Source of the DNA: the human T2T-CHM13v2.0 reference genome, Homo sapiens
DNA length: 64,000 nucleotides
Assembly (NCBI RefSeq): GCF_009914755.1
Contig: NC_060942.1
Direction: 5' to 3' (one strand)
The notes beneath the pieces were generated by a model. It ran no database searches. It worked only from the letters and a program-made list of their open reading frames with translations, and was not told the DNA's origin. This document shows, in pieces, positions 63,330 through 64,000 of this stretch. A program made the position numbers and the translations under genes. How positions within the stretch are numbered: the first letter of the stretch is position 1; each line of letters begins with the position of its first letter.

Positions 63330-64000
63330 GGACAAAGTGAGTGTGAAGAGGCAGTAGGGTCTGGATCATGTCGAGAGCCTTGAAGGTCCGTGAAGGCATC
63401 TGAGTTTCATTTTAAGTGCAATGAGAAACCACTGAAAAATTCTAGGTGAGGGAATGCGATGATGTGATTGTCAACAAAGGATCACCATGGATGGTGTGTA
63501 CGGGATGAACGTCAGCAGGCCAAGGCTGGAAGCACCAAGATCAGTTAAGAGGCTAGAGGAAAGTAGGTGCAGTGCGGGTCACCATAATGAGAGCTAATAT
63601 CTGCTAGCCCCTTAGTGTGCCTGGCACTGTTTTAAGTACATTACAAATATGTATTAGTTAATTCTTTGCAATGATCCTATGACCCATTTGCAGATGAAGA
63701 AATGAGGCAGAGGAAAGTGAAGTAACTTTCCCAAGAGTAGGGGAATTGGTAGAGCTTTGACTAAGCAAGAGCCTTCAGCTTGAGTACCTATACTTTTAAC
63801 TGCTACCCTCCATTAGTAAAACACAGATGAATTCAAGATATGATTTGAAGGCAGAATGGCCAGGCCTCGATTCTATGTCTCATGGAAATGTCACGAATCA
63901 CTCCTAGTTTCTGGCTTTAGGAGATGAAGAGGTGCCATTTACAAAAATGAGGCCAATTCCAGGAGAAATAGTATCTGGGAGGAAGAGCAAGCATTTGTTT
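63330..64000. mobile_element. L2 fragments with a nested MIR (about 63590-63810)
   Basis: L2-like ttcattttaagtgcaatgagaaaccactg and gaggtgccatttac; MIR-like cccatttgcagatgaagaaatgaggcagag. Confidence 0.65.

Overview
Human (or great-ape) genomic DNA, not prokaryotic. The whole window lies inside OSBPL1A (ORP1L/ORP1S, oxysterol-binding protein-related protein 1) on the minus strand. I read six coding exons by hand: 53364-53520, 24449-24524, 9480-9614, 8065-8162, 6341-6523 and 711-818. All have GT-AG boundaries with compatible phases. They encode the ORP1S start (MSEEKDCGGG...) and the N-terminal part of the ORD lipid-binding domain, including the EQVSHHPP fingerprint. The rest is intron, with about 40 Alus, old L1/L2/MIR fragments, hAT and Tigger DNA transposons, a solo ERV LTR, a 7SL retropseudogene and a U6/L1 chimeric retrocopy. 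The supplied ORF track appears to be repeat-derived or chance ORFs and misses the real exons. I see no evidence of a new multi-gene biological system. The most interesting items are a 95-bp locally templated insertion flanked by 8-bp direct repeats, the nested U6/L1 chimera, several candidate cryptic or poison exons, and a T10CT15 tract at the acceptor of the in-frame fingerprint exon. Repeat boundaries and subfamily names are by eye and approximate.
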